Shown here: positions 34,519-44,208 of the stretch, piece after piece
Numbering within the stretch: the stretch's first letter is position 1
Layout: each line of letters starts with the position of its first letter
Assembly: GCA_045863855.1 (NCBI GenBank)
Contig: BTVV01000004.1
Coordinates: forward strand, 5,353 to 69,352
Length of the DNA: 64,000 nt
Origin: Planctomycetota bacterium
GTDB lineage: Bacteria > Planctomycetota > SZUA-567 > H5-PLA8
Direction: 5' to 3'
Translations under genes and position numbers: made by a program
The notes under the pieces: generated by a model
Database searches by the model: none
Told to the model about the DNA's origin: nothing
What the model saw: the letters and a program-made list of their open reading frames with translations, nothing else

Positions 34519-35270
34519 TGCCGCTTCGACTCGATCGAATGGGCTTGGAGTTGTACGTTTTCGGTTCCGACGGCGGAAACGCGGAGGCGTTGGACCGGCG
34601 CATTTTGCCGGAGCTTCGCGCGTACGGATACGAATGCATCGAGGGCTTCGCGAAGCCGGACGGCCTGGGCGAACTGGCGCGACGGCACGGTCTGCGGTTG
34701 GCGGGCGTGCACGCCAGCACTTCGGCCCTGCAATCGCTGGCCGACCTGACTCGGTTCGCGAAAGCCAACGGCTCGCACGATCTCTGCGTCTCGGGTCCGC
34801 TATCCTGGAACGCACGCGGATTGAGCGACTATCTCGCCACCGCAAAGGTATTGAACGAGGCCGGATCCCGGCTCAGCGCCGATGGCCTGCGCGTGCACTA
34901 CCATAACCACGAATTCGAGTTCACTCCGCTGGACGGTTCGCGTACGGCCTTCGATGTGCTGATGGAGGCCACGGATTCGAATGCGGTGAGCGTCTGCGTC
35001 GACGTGGGCTGGGCTTGGGCGGCGGGCGCCGACGTACCCGCGCTGCTTGCGCGGTACGGACCGCGAATCGGCTTCGTTCATTTGCGAGACTTCGCTCGCG
35101 GACGCTCGGTCGCTCTGGGGGCCGGCGAAGTCAACCTGCGCGTACAACTCGAAGCGATCGCAAACCTGCCGAACTTACGTGAACTTATCGTGGAGCACGA
35201 TCCCACCACCGCCGATCCCTTGGGCGCGATGCGCGAAAGCCTCGAGTGGCTTCGCAATGCGTTATCTTAG
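34518..35270 (+). CDS. Sugar phosphate isomerase/epimerase (xylose isomerase-like TIM barrel) family protein
   Basis: HYHNHEFEF, VDVGWA and FVHLRD match the metal-site pattern of the family. Its start overlaps the upstream stop by 1 nt (TGATG). Confidence 0.7.
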   Translation: MPLRLDRMGLELYVFGSDGGNAEALDRRILPELRAYGYECIEGFAKPDGLGELARRHGLRLAGVHASTSALQSLADLTRFAKANGSHDLCVSGPLSWNARGLSDYLATAKVLNEAGSRLSADGLRVHYHNHEFEFTPLDGSRTAFDVLMEATDSNAVSVCVDVGWAWAAGADVPALLARYGPRIGFVHLRDFARGRSVALGAGEVNLRVQLEAIANLPNLRELIVEHDPTTADPLGAMRESLEWLRNALS

Positions 35271-35277
35271 AACGAAC

Positions 35278-38200
35278 CTAAGGCTGCGGTGAGGGTCCGG
35301 CCGTCGGCGCCCAGACGACCGGGCCGCCGTGATATTCCAGAAACACCTGCGCGCCGAAGTTCTGATCCTCGTGTACGTAAACTCTCTGCATGAAGAGCGT
35401 TCGATCGTACGCAAGGATGGCGTTGATCGGAGCGTTGAATTCCGGCGGCTTGAAACGATCGTCCGTTTTCCCGTCGGCCTGCCGCAAGACCGCGGGACCG
35501 GCCGAAGTGGGAAACAGCAGTTGAGAGCGCGTCGCGATCGGTTGCCCGAGAAGCCGGCCTGGCAAGGGGGCCATCCAGCGCACCCCTCCGTCCGTATCCA
35601 ACCACGCGGCTTCGCCTTGCTCGCTGGCGAAACAGATGCCTTGCGGGGTGACGACGGGGCCGATCGAGTGGTATCCGCTTAGCTCGCGCTTCCAAAATTC
35701 GCGTCCGGTGCGGAGATCGAATGCGTGCGCGACGCCCTTCTCGTCGCCAAGATAGATGCGATCATGAAAGATTGCGGGCGTCGCCCGCGTATGCGGCGCA
35801 ATGGGCGCGCGCCATGCGGCTTGGCCTTCTTCGGCGCGAACGGCGATCAACTCGCCATTCCCGCTGGCGAAGACCACCAATCCGCCAGCGACCGCCGGTC
35901 CGCCGCGAATTTTTCCGCCCGCCGAAAACTCCCAAATTACGGTTCCCGAGTGCACGTCCACTTTGTAAAGCGTTCCGTCATCGGACCCGAAGTAGAGATC
36001 GTCCCCCACCGGCGCGGGCGAACTGTACACGCGCCCTCCGGTCTTGAAGCCCCACAGGTAGGTTCCGTTGTCGGCGACCGCGTGAAGCTTCCCGTCGGCC
36101 GAACCCACAAATAGCCGCCGCGCATAGCGCGCGGGCGTGGACGTGGGCGTGATGGAAGCCAGTCCCCAAGCAGGTCCTTGGACGAAGGCATCGCTCTTGC
36201 GCTTGTTTTTCTTTTCCTCGACAGCGCTTTCCGTGCGCCGGTCGGCGATCGAGCGAATGGCGCCTCCCGCTTCACCGAAGGTGAACACTCGGTCCACGTA
36301 CGTCGCGCCGACCTGAAAGGCCGGTGTGGCGCCGATGCGGTTGGTATTCTGCTCGGTATACGCTCCCGTCACGTCCTCGGGAAACGCATCGGGCACCCTT
36401 CGTGGATTGGCCAGGAGCATGGGAAAAGCCAGCGGATCCGTGGTTCCGGCGAGCGGCGCGTCTTCGCCGTCCAGAGGGCCGTAGAGTTCCACTTCGGTAA
36501 GGCTTTCGTGGCGTCCCGGATGTTTGCCCGGAAGAATCTTGATCGCATCGGTGAGCATCGGTTTCGGCAGGCGCACCACCACGAAGCGCCGGCTGTTGCC
36601 CTTCACCAGCGCGATCGTTTTGGGCACCGGCGGCTGCGCTTCCAAGTCATTGGCAAGAATGCAAAGGTGCCGGTACGCGTTCTCGGGATTCGCGTTGTTC
36701 AGGTACAGGACGATATGCGAAATGAATGCAGGCTTGGCGAGGACGGCGCTGAAACCCATCGCGCGCGGCGGATAGGTCCAGATCGGGCCGACATCGTCAA
36801 GCCGTCCGTTGTGCAGGTAAGCCTGTTCTTCGACGAATTTCTGCGTGCCGGTTGTGGTCCCCGGAGCAAAGACCACCATGTGGTTGCGCGAAGCGAGACG
36901 CTTGGAAAGTTCGGGAGCGATGCGGTTGTACTGCACCCGAATGTCCTTCACGTACGTGGGCTCCACCGCGTGTAGTTCAGCATCGGCCAAGAGATTCGAA
37001 GACGGAAAGCGAACCGCGCGCAGGCTTACCGCGTCGACCAGCACCTCGCCGCCCACGGCTTCCAGACCTATCGTCAAGCCTTTGGTCTCGGCGTACGACT
37101 TGACCGCTAAGCGGCCGAACAACCATTCGCCGGTCACGCCACCGAAGCGCGAAACGGTAAATGTCTCCTTCTCCCCGGCCAGAGCGCCGCCGGCCACGAG
37201 CGCGGCTTGCGGCGAACTCAGCTTGTAACGAAACTCAAGCAGGTAAGTTGCTGACGGAATCGCTTTGCGCGGCAGCTTCTGCGTAACCGGCGTTCCGGGC
37301 AGCAGCCGCAAGGCGCGATTGCCGTCCAAACCTGGCTCTAAATAGGCCGGCGCACTCCCCTCGGCCTGCCAGCCTCCGTTCCCTTCGAAACTCGGCTGCT
37401 CGAGTTGCTCGACACCCAAGCGTAGCAGGGTGTCGTAATCGCCGGGCCGGTCGACGCTGAGCGGGAAGAATTCTTCGGTGCTGTCGCGATCGCGGCGCAG
37501 GGTTTGCCTGACGAATTGCGCATAGGGCAGATCGGGATACTCGACCAGATCGCGCAGGCGGACGCGCCAAACTTGCTTGCCCGAAGCGTCGAACTTAACG
37601 ACATCCCCGTTGATGGCTCCCGCCAGGAGCCCTTCGGTCAATGGGAGCAGCCGCGCGCTGAACGGCATGCGCGCTTCCCAAGCCGGTTTTCCAGACTCGA
37701 GATCGAGCGCCATGACCGCGCCATCTCGATCGCAACGGTACACCCGGCCGGACTTGGCGTCCATGCGATCGAGGCTCGGCATCCAGACGCGTGCATCGCG
37801 GTAGGTCCACATAGGTTTCCCGTTTGGCGCGCGGCGCGTGACTTCATACAGGCCGAACTCCAACGCGCTGCCATCGGCAAGAGTCTGGCCAGGACTTGGA
37901 GTAAGCGTGCCGAGCTTTCCGTCTAAAGGCCAAAGCGTCCACTGGCTGCCGGTGACGATGCGCGGCCATTCCTCACCGGCGTTCCAGGCCAGCGAGAAGT
38001 GACCGGATTCGATACTCTCCGCGCGCTCGTCGGCCAACTGGGCGATGCGTTCGCCCGTGCGCGCATGGAAGATTTCAGGTTCGAATCGCCATACCGTATA
38101 AATGTAAACGCCCATCTTGGTGGTGCCGGCGTTGCGCGACTGTCCCAAGGCGATTTTCTCGCCGTCCGGCGAAATCACCACATTGCCAAGATTTAGCGTG

Positions 38201-41200
38201 CTGGGGAATTGCGCGGCTCCCCGTTGATCGGCTTCTTTCGGGTACGCCGCGATAGCGTCCGAGCGGTCTATGTACCATTGCCGTTCGCCCTCGTAAGAAA
38301 CCGCCAACAATCCCGCGAGGCCCTTGATCAGAAGCTGGCGCACCTTCGGGTTGTCCAGGATCGTGAGGTGCGTGCTTACCGGTCCCTCCTCTTCGTGATA
38401 GCGCGGCCACAAGGTGCCTGAGAACTTGCGGAACACGAGGCCGTCTTCGCCGTTGAGCAGAAAGACCAGGCCCGGGTTCGAGGTAGATGCAATCACTCGC
38501 TTGCCTTCGTCGTACCAGCGCGCGTAGTAAGCGTCGTGCTCCGGAAGGAACGTTTTCCATAGCACCTCGCCCTCGCGTGACAGACAGTACAAATTGGTTG
38601 CGTAGCCCTCCGTGCCCACCAGCACGCGGCCGGTGGCGGGGTCTTCGTCCAACGTACGTACAAAATGGATTAAGCCCAGGCGTTCCCGCAAACTGGACGG
38701 TTCACGGTCCACTGAAGCCACCTTCGCGCCGAGCGTCTTGGGGTCGGGCATAGCTCCCGCGAAGGTTGGGCGCGACGGCCATGTTTCGGCCAGCGGCACC
38801 TCTTTTTTGAGCAGCGCCACCGCGCGCTCAAGGCCTTCGGCATCGTTCGCAAGCAGTGCGAGCGTGTCGTGTGCATTCGAGAATCCCCGGTGAACGCACG
38901 AGATCATGGCTCGACCGCGGCCCGGGAAATGCGTGCTGATGGGATGCGCCAACGCGCCGCGTTCCACCAAGCTTCGCACCAGGGGGCTGGCGTACGAGTT
39001 GCCCAGCACCACCACCGGCGTATCCATCATGCGGATCGGGTAGACCAGCGAACCGCGCCACATCCGCAAGGGGTCCACGAGGTCCGAAGTCGCCTGTGGA
39101 ATCGTTTGCGGACCGCTGCCTAGGCCGCCTTCCGGTTCGATGCGCGCTTCTCGTCCGGAACGCTCGAACCAGGCTTTCAGGCGTTCGGCTTGCGAACGCG
39201 TCCATGTCTGATCTTCGGGCAGCGCGATCACCACCGGAGATTTGTCCGATAAGAAACGCTGCGCCAATTCCGCGTCAGTGACCAGCACCTCGTCGCTCAC
39301 GACGGCGCTGGGTGGCAAACGCCAGTCCTGAACGTCGACGGTCGACTGCGCCTGCAAGCCCCCGATCAATTCTCGAACTCGAATCGCGAGTTTACCGTTC
39401 CCCGCGTTCACGGGCGCTCCGAACGCTCCAAGGTACTCGCCGATGCCGGCACGATAGAGGCGCTCCAGTTCATGGCCTGCGCCATCGGATATCACGATCT
39501 CGAAGGGAAACGCGGCGTCAATCGGGTTGCCTTGGGCATCCAGCACGGTTAGCCGATAGGTCAGGGTAGAGCCTCCGTCGACTTGCGCCGATGCCTCCAA
39601 ACGCAACTGCGCGGGTTCGGCGGGCAGAAACGCGAATATCTTCCCGGGGTATTCGCGCATGTCGGCTTGCAGAGTCATCCAATCGCCGTCGGAAGCCACC
39701 TCGATGCGCTTGTTCTCGAGAACATCGAAACAAACGGTCGAGCGCTTCGGGATGCGCAGCTTCTCGATCGCCGGCGCCTGGTAGAACGTCTTATGCAAAC
39801 CGGAGAAACCGGTGAAGCGGAAATTGGCGAGAATCAGGTACTCGCCCGCGCCGCCGCGCAACCAGTCGGGGCCGAAGAGCATCTCGTGCTCGGCGGCGGG
39901 AGGAATGCGCTTCGCAAGAAACTCTTTCACCAGCTTGGTCGTCGCCTCGGACTGGTCCACTACCATCTCCGTCTCGAAATCGATGAACTTGGGAAACGCG
40001 CCTCCCATCTTGTCGTCGTATTCGTCGAGATCCGAAGCAAGACGAACGAGGCCTTCGAGCGGAAGCTTGCTGGACTGCTCCACCGCCAGCACCTTTCCCG
40101 CCGACTGGAGCCGGCGCAGGCTCTTTAGAATCGATTCGGGTACTTCATCTTCGAGCGTGTAGCCCGGAACAAAGATCACCTCGTACGCCATCCCTTCGTC
40201 GGCCAGGATCTGATGGTCGTACAGATAGTCGGCGGGGAAGCCCGCGCGCAGGCACGCGACCCACAGGCCTTCGCATGTCGCTGCAAGCTTGGTGGACTTT
40301 TTGGGGCCGAGGTAATGCGCTTCGCGGCTGTAATACACGGCAACCTTTTTATAGCCGCGTTTTAGCTTCAGGAAAAAATCGCCGTATGGCTCCAGTAGGT
40401 GCTTGGCGATGTCGCGGTGCCCTTCGCGCGAATCGCCCTGATGCTGCGCGGAACCGCGGCCGCCTCGGGCGAAGCTTTGGTTAAAAAAGGTGATGCCTTC
40501 CACTTGTTGCGAAAGCGTCAAAAACGTGTTGCGCAGCTTGCAGGCGCCTAAATCGCCGGGAATGTAGTAGTCGGCGATCTGTGACCAAACGGGGATGTCG
40601 CCGCGAATGCGCATGACGTCCGCGCCCATCGGCCCCCAAACGGGACGGTCGCCCGCGCCGCCATCCTTGTAGCCCACGTTTACGGCGATATCGAGCGGTT
40701 CGAAAATTTTCGGCGCGCCGCCCAGCATGCCGATGTTGTCCCCGTTGCCTCCGAACATGCGGTGCTGAGTGAAGTTGAGCGCGCCGGGCATCACGGCCTT
40801 CGCGGCGCGCGTCATCTGCTCGGAAAGCATGCGCCATTCGTCGTCCTGAAACTGCGGCCAAAGCTTGTACTTCTCCAGATCCTTGGTGTTGCGCCGGCCG
40901 GGCAATCCGCGATACCAGCGCTCCAGCGCGCGCATGCTTTCGTCGCTGGCCATGCCTTCGTATTTCTCGCGAAACTCCAACTCCTCCAATTTGAGCATAT
41001 ACTCGGTGCTGGGCGTACCGGGGTTGGCGATGTCGTAGAGTTCGTCGTACAGGCACAATCCTTCGAAGGCCGGCGAATGGCGCATCGAAGCGGTTTCGAG
41101 CGCCGCGAACCGGACGCATCCGTCGCGCGCTTTTTGCCCGCGCGGGAGCAGGTCGTCAACATACGCGATCGTGTTGTGATACACGCGCAGGCCGCGCTTG

Positions 41201-43188
41201 GTGGCCGCATCCAAAAACGTATCCCGTCCGCTGGGTTGGTAAAAAGACTCCCATGGCCCCAGGCTGGGCACTTGCCGCGCCAGTTCTTCGATCAAGTTGG
41301 AATTGCGCCGATGGCGCTGGCTCATGTCGTACGTGAACGCGGTGAAGACATTGCTTCCGGCAGAAACCAAATCGTCCGCCAACGCTTCGGCTTCTTGCAC
41401 CGGGTTGGTCTGCTGGATCAGTTGCGCGTATACGCTCCCCAGATCGCAGTACTTTCCGTTTACATGCGCGGCGAAATGGCTGACGGGCTCGCCCGATACC
41501 ATCCGAATCGTCTGCGGAACCGTTTGCAACGCGCCCACCTTCGCTTCGACCCGGTAGACCCCCGGCGCCAGCGCCAGACTCTGCGTGCTCGTCACGTTCA
41601 GCAGAATCGTCTCCTGCTTCTCGACCGGCTTCGCCAGGGTCGAGGCATGCAGCACCAAGCGACGCGCACTGGAATCCACCAGCGCCACTTCGACGGGCGT
41701 GGCCGCCGGTAGCGCCGGACCGTTTACCTTGATGCCCAGGGCCAGCCAGAACGCTTCGCCGCGGCGGAAGCCCGTGCGCCCGCGTTGAGTGAATACGCCT
41801 GCGGAATAAGGAAGCTCCCGAGCCATCGCCACATGCTGTTCCGTCATCAGCGGCGCGATGTCTTTACCCGGCGCATAACCGACTCGCAGCACGTAAATTC
41901 CATTGGGCCCATCGGGAAGCGCGAGCGCGTACGTGCCGCCTTCACGCGATTCGACCGGCACCGATTGCCAGTCGTCTCCGTGCAGCGGACGCAATTCGGC
42001 GATGGGCTTGGGGCCCTCGCCGCCCTCGGGCACACCTTCCGGCAACAGCATTATCAAACGCGTCAGCAGCTTGGTCTCAGGCTGCGCAAGCAGGGTCTGC
42101 CATTCGGCCAGCAAACCGCGCTGCTTAGCGCGGCCGGGCGTGGAGCGATCCACACGCACCACTTTGTGCGGCCACTCTTTCACATCGAATCCGAGGTCTG
42201 CGTTTGGGCCTTCGGGATTCACGCGCAGCGTAAAGGGCCGGATATGGGGGTATAGAAACCCGATCTGCTCCGATTCTCCGGGCCGTTCCTGAAAGCTGTT
42301 CACACCATCGATCGCGGCTTTGCAGTCGTCGTCCAGCGAGACACGCATCGACCAAGCCGTCAGGCGTAACGAAAATGCCTTCGCGTCCAATCCTTCGGCC
42401 GGCTTGCCGCCCAACGTAAGGTCCGCTAGACCTGCAGGAGTTAGCTTGAATCGGTAGCCCAATGGGTAGACGGCATAGCCCGATCCGCTGGCATGGGCAG
42501 GCAGCCACAAGGTCAGATCGAAAAACGTACCGTGCTCCGGCAACACTTCGAATCCCGCCACTTTCATATCCGCATTGCGCTTGCGGTCGGACTCCGCTTT
42601 CGCACGCGCGGCAGGATCTTTCTGGGGCGGTACGGGTGCTTCGAGCGGATCGACGAGGGACGCATCCGCAATCGTGAGCCGCGGAAGAGTGACTATGCGG
42701 TCCCAATCCGGAGCGTCGGGATCGCCAGGGTTGCCCCACCGTGCGTCGATGCGTAACGGATAGGCTTTCAGCAGAATCAAGCGGTCGCGGACGATCAGCT
42801 CCGGGCTATTGGATTTGATCGACTCGTCTTTCTCGACGGTGAACGATGCGCCCCCGGGCTGGAATACATAGAGGCCAGGCTTCAGATCCTTGCGCACGCG
42901 CGGGCGGCGATCGTACAGTTTTCCGTCGATTCGTTTCTCGAATAGCGCCTCGCCATTCAACGTGACATTCTTGGCCCAGCAGACGACGGCTTTGGCGTCC
43001 ACATCCCCGCGATCGTTGATGCCGCGAACGCGCTGAACCGCGGTCTGTTCGAGCGCATCGACAGTCTGCTCAACGCGATCGTGCGGAACCATTCGGATTT
43101 CCACATCGAGTGCGTGCAAGCCGCTGCACAGACACGCGAGCAGCAAGGCAGGTCCTAGTGCGCGCGTGACCGTCGTAACGTGCCGCAT
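35278..43188 (-). CDS. Giant (2636 aa) secreted multidomain protein: signal peptide, Ig/beta-sandwich-like N-terminal region, glycoside-hydrolase-like TIM-barrel plus GH42-trimerisation-like segment, internal and C-terminal PQQ-like beta-propellers, CBM/discoidin-like modules
   Basis: The ORF is a single uninterrupted 7.9 kb. The signal peptide is MRHVTTVTRALGPALLLACLCSGLHA. PQQ/BamB-like repeats are unmistakable in the last 279 aa (..GSADGKLHAVADNGTYLWGF..GSDDGTLYKVDVHSGTVIWEF..) and around aa 1500-1950. The other domain calls come from weaker motif resemblance. Confidence 0.8.
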   Translation of the reverse strand: MRHVTTVTRALGPALLLACLCSGLHALDVEIRMVPHDRVEQTVDALEQTAVQRVRGINDRGDVDAKAVVCWAKNVTLNGEALFEKRIDGKLYDRRPRVRKDLKPGLYVFQPGGASFTVEKDESIKSNSPELIVRDRLILLKAYPLRIDARWGNPGDPDAPDWDRIVTLPRLTIADASLVDPLEAPVPPQKDPAARAKAESDRKRNADMKVAGFEVLPEHGTFFDLTLWLPAHASGSGYAVYPLGYRFKLTPAGLADLTLGGKPAEGLDAKAFSLRLTAWSMRVSLDDDCKAAIDGVNSFQERPGESEQIGFLYPHIRPFTLRVNPEGPNADLGFDVKEWPHKVVRVDRSTPGRAKQRGLLAEWQTLLAQPETKLLTRLIMLLPEGVPEGGEGPKPIAELRPLHGDDWQSVPVESREGGTYALALPDGPNGIYVLRVGYAPGKDIAPLMTEQHVAMARELPYSAGVFTQRGRTGFRRGEAFWLALGIKVNGPALPAATPVEVALVDSSARRLVLHASTLAKPVEKQETILLNVTSTQSLALAPGVYRVEAKVGALQTVPQTIRMVSGEPVSHFAAHVNGKYCDLGSVYAQLIQQTNPVQEAEALADDLVSAGSNVFTAFTYDMSQRHRRNSNLIEELARQVPSLGPWESFYQPSGRDTFLDAATKRGLRVYHNTIAYVDDLLPRGQKARDGCVRFAALETASMRHSPAFEGLCLYDELYDIANPGTPSTEYMLKLEELEFREKYEGMASDESMRALERWYRGLPGRRNTKDLEKYKLWPQFQDDEWRMLSEQMTRAAKAVMPGALNFTQHRMFGGNGDNIGMLGGAPKIFEPLDIAVNVGYKDGGAGDRPVWGPMGADVMRIRGDIPVWSQIADYYIPGDLGACKLRNTFLTLSQQVEGITFFNQSFARGGRGSAQHQGDSREGHRDIAKHLLEPYGDFFLKLKRGYKKVAVYYSREAHYLGPKKSTKLAATCEGLWVACLRAGFPADYLYDHQILADEGMAYEVIFVPGYTLEDEVPESILKSLRRLQSAGKVLAVEQSSKLPLEGLVRLASDLDEYDDKMGGAFPKFIDFETEMVVDQSEATTKLVKEFLAKRIPPAAEHEMLFGPDWLRGGAGEYLILANFRFTGFSGLHKTFYQAPAIEKLRIPKRSTVCFDVLENKRIEVASDGDWMTLQADMREYPGKIFAFLPAEPAQLRLEASAQVDGGSTLTYRLTVLDAQGNPIDAAFPFEIVISDGAGHELERLYRAGIGEYLGAFGAPVNAGNGKLAIRVRELIGGLQAQSTVDVQDWRLPPSAVVSDEVLVTDAELAQRFLSDKSPVVIALPEDQTWTRSQAERLKAWFERSGREARIEPEGGLGSGPQTIPQATSDLVDPLRMWRGSLVYPIRMMDTPVVVLGNSYASPLVRSLVERGALAHPISTHFPGRGRAMISCVHRGFSNAHDTLALLANDAEGLERAVALLKKEVPLAETWPSRPTFAGAMPDPKTLGAKVASVDREPSSLRERLGLIHFVRTLDEDPATGRVLVGTEGYATNLYCLSREGEVLWKTFLPEHDAYYARWYDEGKRVIASTSNPGLVFLLNGEDGLVFRKFSGTLWPRYHEEEGPVSTHLTILDNPKVRQLLIKGLAGLLAVSYEGERQWYIDRSDAIAAYPKEADQRGAAQFPSTLNLGNVVISPDGEKIALGQSRNAGTTKMGVYIYTVWRFEPEIFHARTGERIAQLADERAESIESGHFSLAWNAGEEWPRIVTGSQWTLWPLDGKLGTLTPSPGQTLADGSALEFGLYEVTRRAPNGKPMWTYRDARVWMPSLDRMDAKSGRVYRCDRDGAVMALDLESGKPAWEARMPFSARLLPLTEGLLAGAINGDVVKFDASGKQVWRVRLRDLVEYPDLPYAQFVRQTLRRDRDSTEEFFPLSVDRPGDYDTLLRLGVEQLEQPSFEGNGGWQAEGSAPAYLEPGLDGNRALRLLPGTPVTQKLPRKAIPSATYLLEFRYKLSSPQAALVAGGALAGEKETFTVSRFGGVTGEWLFGRLAVKSYAETKGLTIGLEAVGGEVLVDAVSLRAVRFPSSNLLADAELHAVEPTYVKDIRVQYNRIAPELSKRLASRNHMVVFAPGTTTGTQKFVEEQAYLHNGRLDDVGPIWTYPPRAMGFSAVLAKPAFISHIVLYLNNANPENAYRHLCILANDLEAQPPVPKTIALVKGNSRRFVVVRLPKPMLTDAIKILPGKHPGRHESLTEVELYGPLDGEDAPLAGTTDPLAFPMLLANPRRVPDAFPEDVTGAYTEQNTNRIGATPAFQVGATYVDRVFTFGEAGGAIRSIADRRTESAVEEKKNKRKSDAFVQGPAWGLASITPTSTPARYARRLFVGSADGKLHAVADNGTYLWGFKTGGRVYSSPAPVGDDLYFGSDDGTLYKVDVHSGTVIWEFSAGGKIRGGPAVAGGLVVFASGNGELIAVRAEEGQAAWRAPIAPHTRATPAIFHDRIYLGDEKGVAHAFDLRTGREFWKRELSGYHSIGPVVTPQGICFASEQGEAAWLDTDGGVRWMAPLPGRLLGQPIATRSQLLFPTSAGPAVLRQADGKTDDRFKPPEFNAPINAILAYDRTLFMQRVYVHEDQNFGAQVFLEYHGGPVVWAPTAGPSPQP

Positions 43189-43210
43189 TCCTTGCGCTCC
43201 AACGGATCGA

Positions 43211-44026
43211 CTAATGCGTGTAAACGAAGAGCAGCCAGTTGGTGGTTAGCTGGTAGGAGTTTTCGCGCGCGCGGTTGTCGCCGCCGTGCCCGATGCCTTC
43301 GCCAATGGGATTCGAAGCCGTCGGCGGCGTCGAGACTTCCCACGCGCAGCCATCGTCGTTGGGAGAAAAGAAAACCGCCGGGCGTCCGTCCAGATCGAAG
43401 TATTGCCAATAGCTTCCGGTCAGCGGCCGGGAACCGGGCGTGATGTTCTGATACGTCATCTTGAACACATCGGCCACTTTGGGATCGCTATCGAGCACCA
43501 CGGTGGCGTCCGCGCCCGGAATCAGCTTCGAGACTTCGGGGCGCACGCAGGTCGCGAAAGGACTCCCGCGGTTGTAGCAATCGTCGAGCAGTAAGGTGCC
43601 TCCGCGCTTGAGAAAGCGCGCCATGTTCTCGGCTTCCTTGTCGTTGAAGTTCCAAGCCACATGCGCGGTCAAGTACACCAACGTGTGCTTGAAAAGTTCG
43701 TCGCTGCTTACGTCGAGCCCCTTCGTTTCGACATGCACCGGCAACTGCGTGCGCTTGTTGAACTGGTACAGCAAATAAGGGATGGCGGTCGGGTCCGTAT
43801 CCCAGTCCACGTTCTTGCGCGCGGGCCGTATGATGCGCATGCAAATCTTGTTGCGCCGGTCGGGCTGTTCTTCGGCGTTTTTCTGCCGAGCGTCCTGGGC
43901 AGAAATCTCGGTACTGTTGCGCTTTCCCGCTCGCTCCGCCCAACTCAGGGCGCGTACTTGGGGCGACAGCCCCCCCAAGCCCACCACCAGTGCCACCCAT
44001 GCTAGGGCTAAGCCTTTACGCTGCAT
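43211..44026 (-). CDS. DUF4159-domain protein (secreted; a family typically associated with MoxR/BatA-type clusters)
   Basis: ..WDTDPTAIPYLLYQFNKRT...LVYLTAHVAWNFNDKEAENMARFLKRGGTLLLDDC.. matches my recollection of DUF4159. The signal peptide is MQRKGLALAWVALVVGLGG. GAGGAG lies 8 nt upstream of ATG 44026. Confidence 0.75.
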   Translation of the reverse strand: MQRKGLALAWVALVVGLGGLSPQVRALSWAERAGKRNSTEISAQDARQKNAEEQPDRRNKICMRIIRPARKNVDWDTDPTAIPYLLYQFNKRTQLPVHVETKGLDVSSDELFKHTLVYLTAHVAWNFNDKEAENMARFLKRGGTLLLDDCYNRGSPFATCVRPEVSKLIPGADATVVLDSDPKVADVFKMTYQNITPGSRPLTGSYWQYFDLDGRPAVFFSPNDDGCAWEVSTPPTASNPIGEGIGHGGDNRARENSYQLTTNWLLFVYTH

Positions 44027-44208
44027 GACCTTGGCTCCTCACACCCAACGCCAATTACTTTATTAAGTACACCAAACAAGTACATTGTTTGTCCAAATTT
44101 ACACTAACTTTCGAATATGAAACCATTTGTATAAAATACTATCAACCCAAGATTAATGTAGGGTAATGATCCATTCCTACCTTAATTGAGGTCCGTCACA
44201 TGACTTGG
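44027..44208 (-). promoter_or_regulatory. AT-rich (about 30% GC by hand count) intergenic island; probable promoter/operator region for the DUF4159 + 2636-aa gene unit
   Basis: GC drops sharply relative to the flanks and the island lies immediately upstream of an SD-supported start. It contains direct AAGTACA repeats (44065-44071, 44078-44084) and an inverted repeat (44073-44091). Confidence 0.55.
44073..44091. promoter_or_regulatory. Perfect 7-bp inverted repeat CAAACAA-N5-TTGTTTG (candidate operator)
   Basis: Read directly from the sequence: caaacaa gtaca ttgtttg. Confidence 0.4.
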
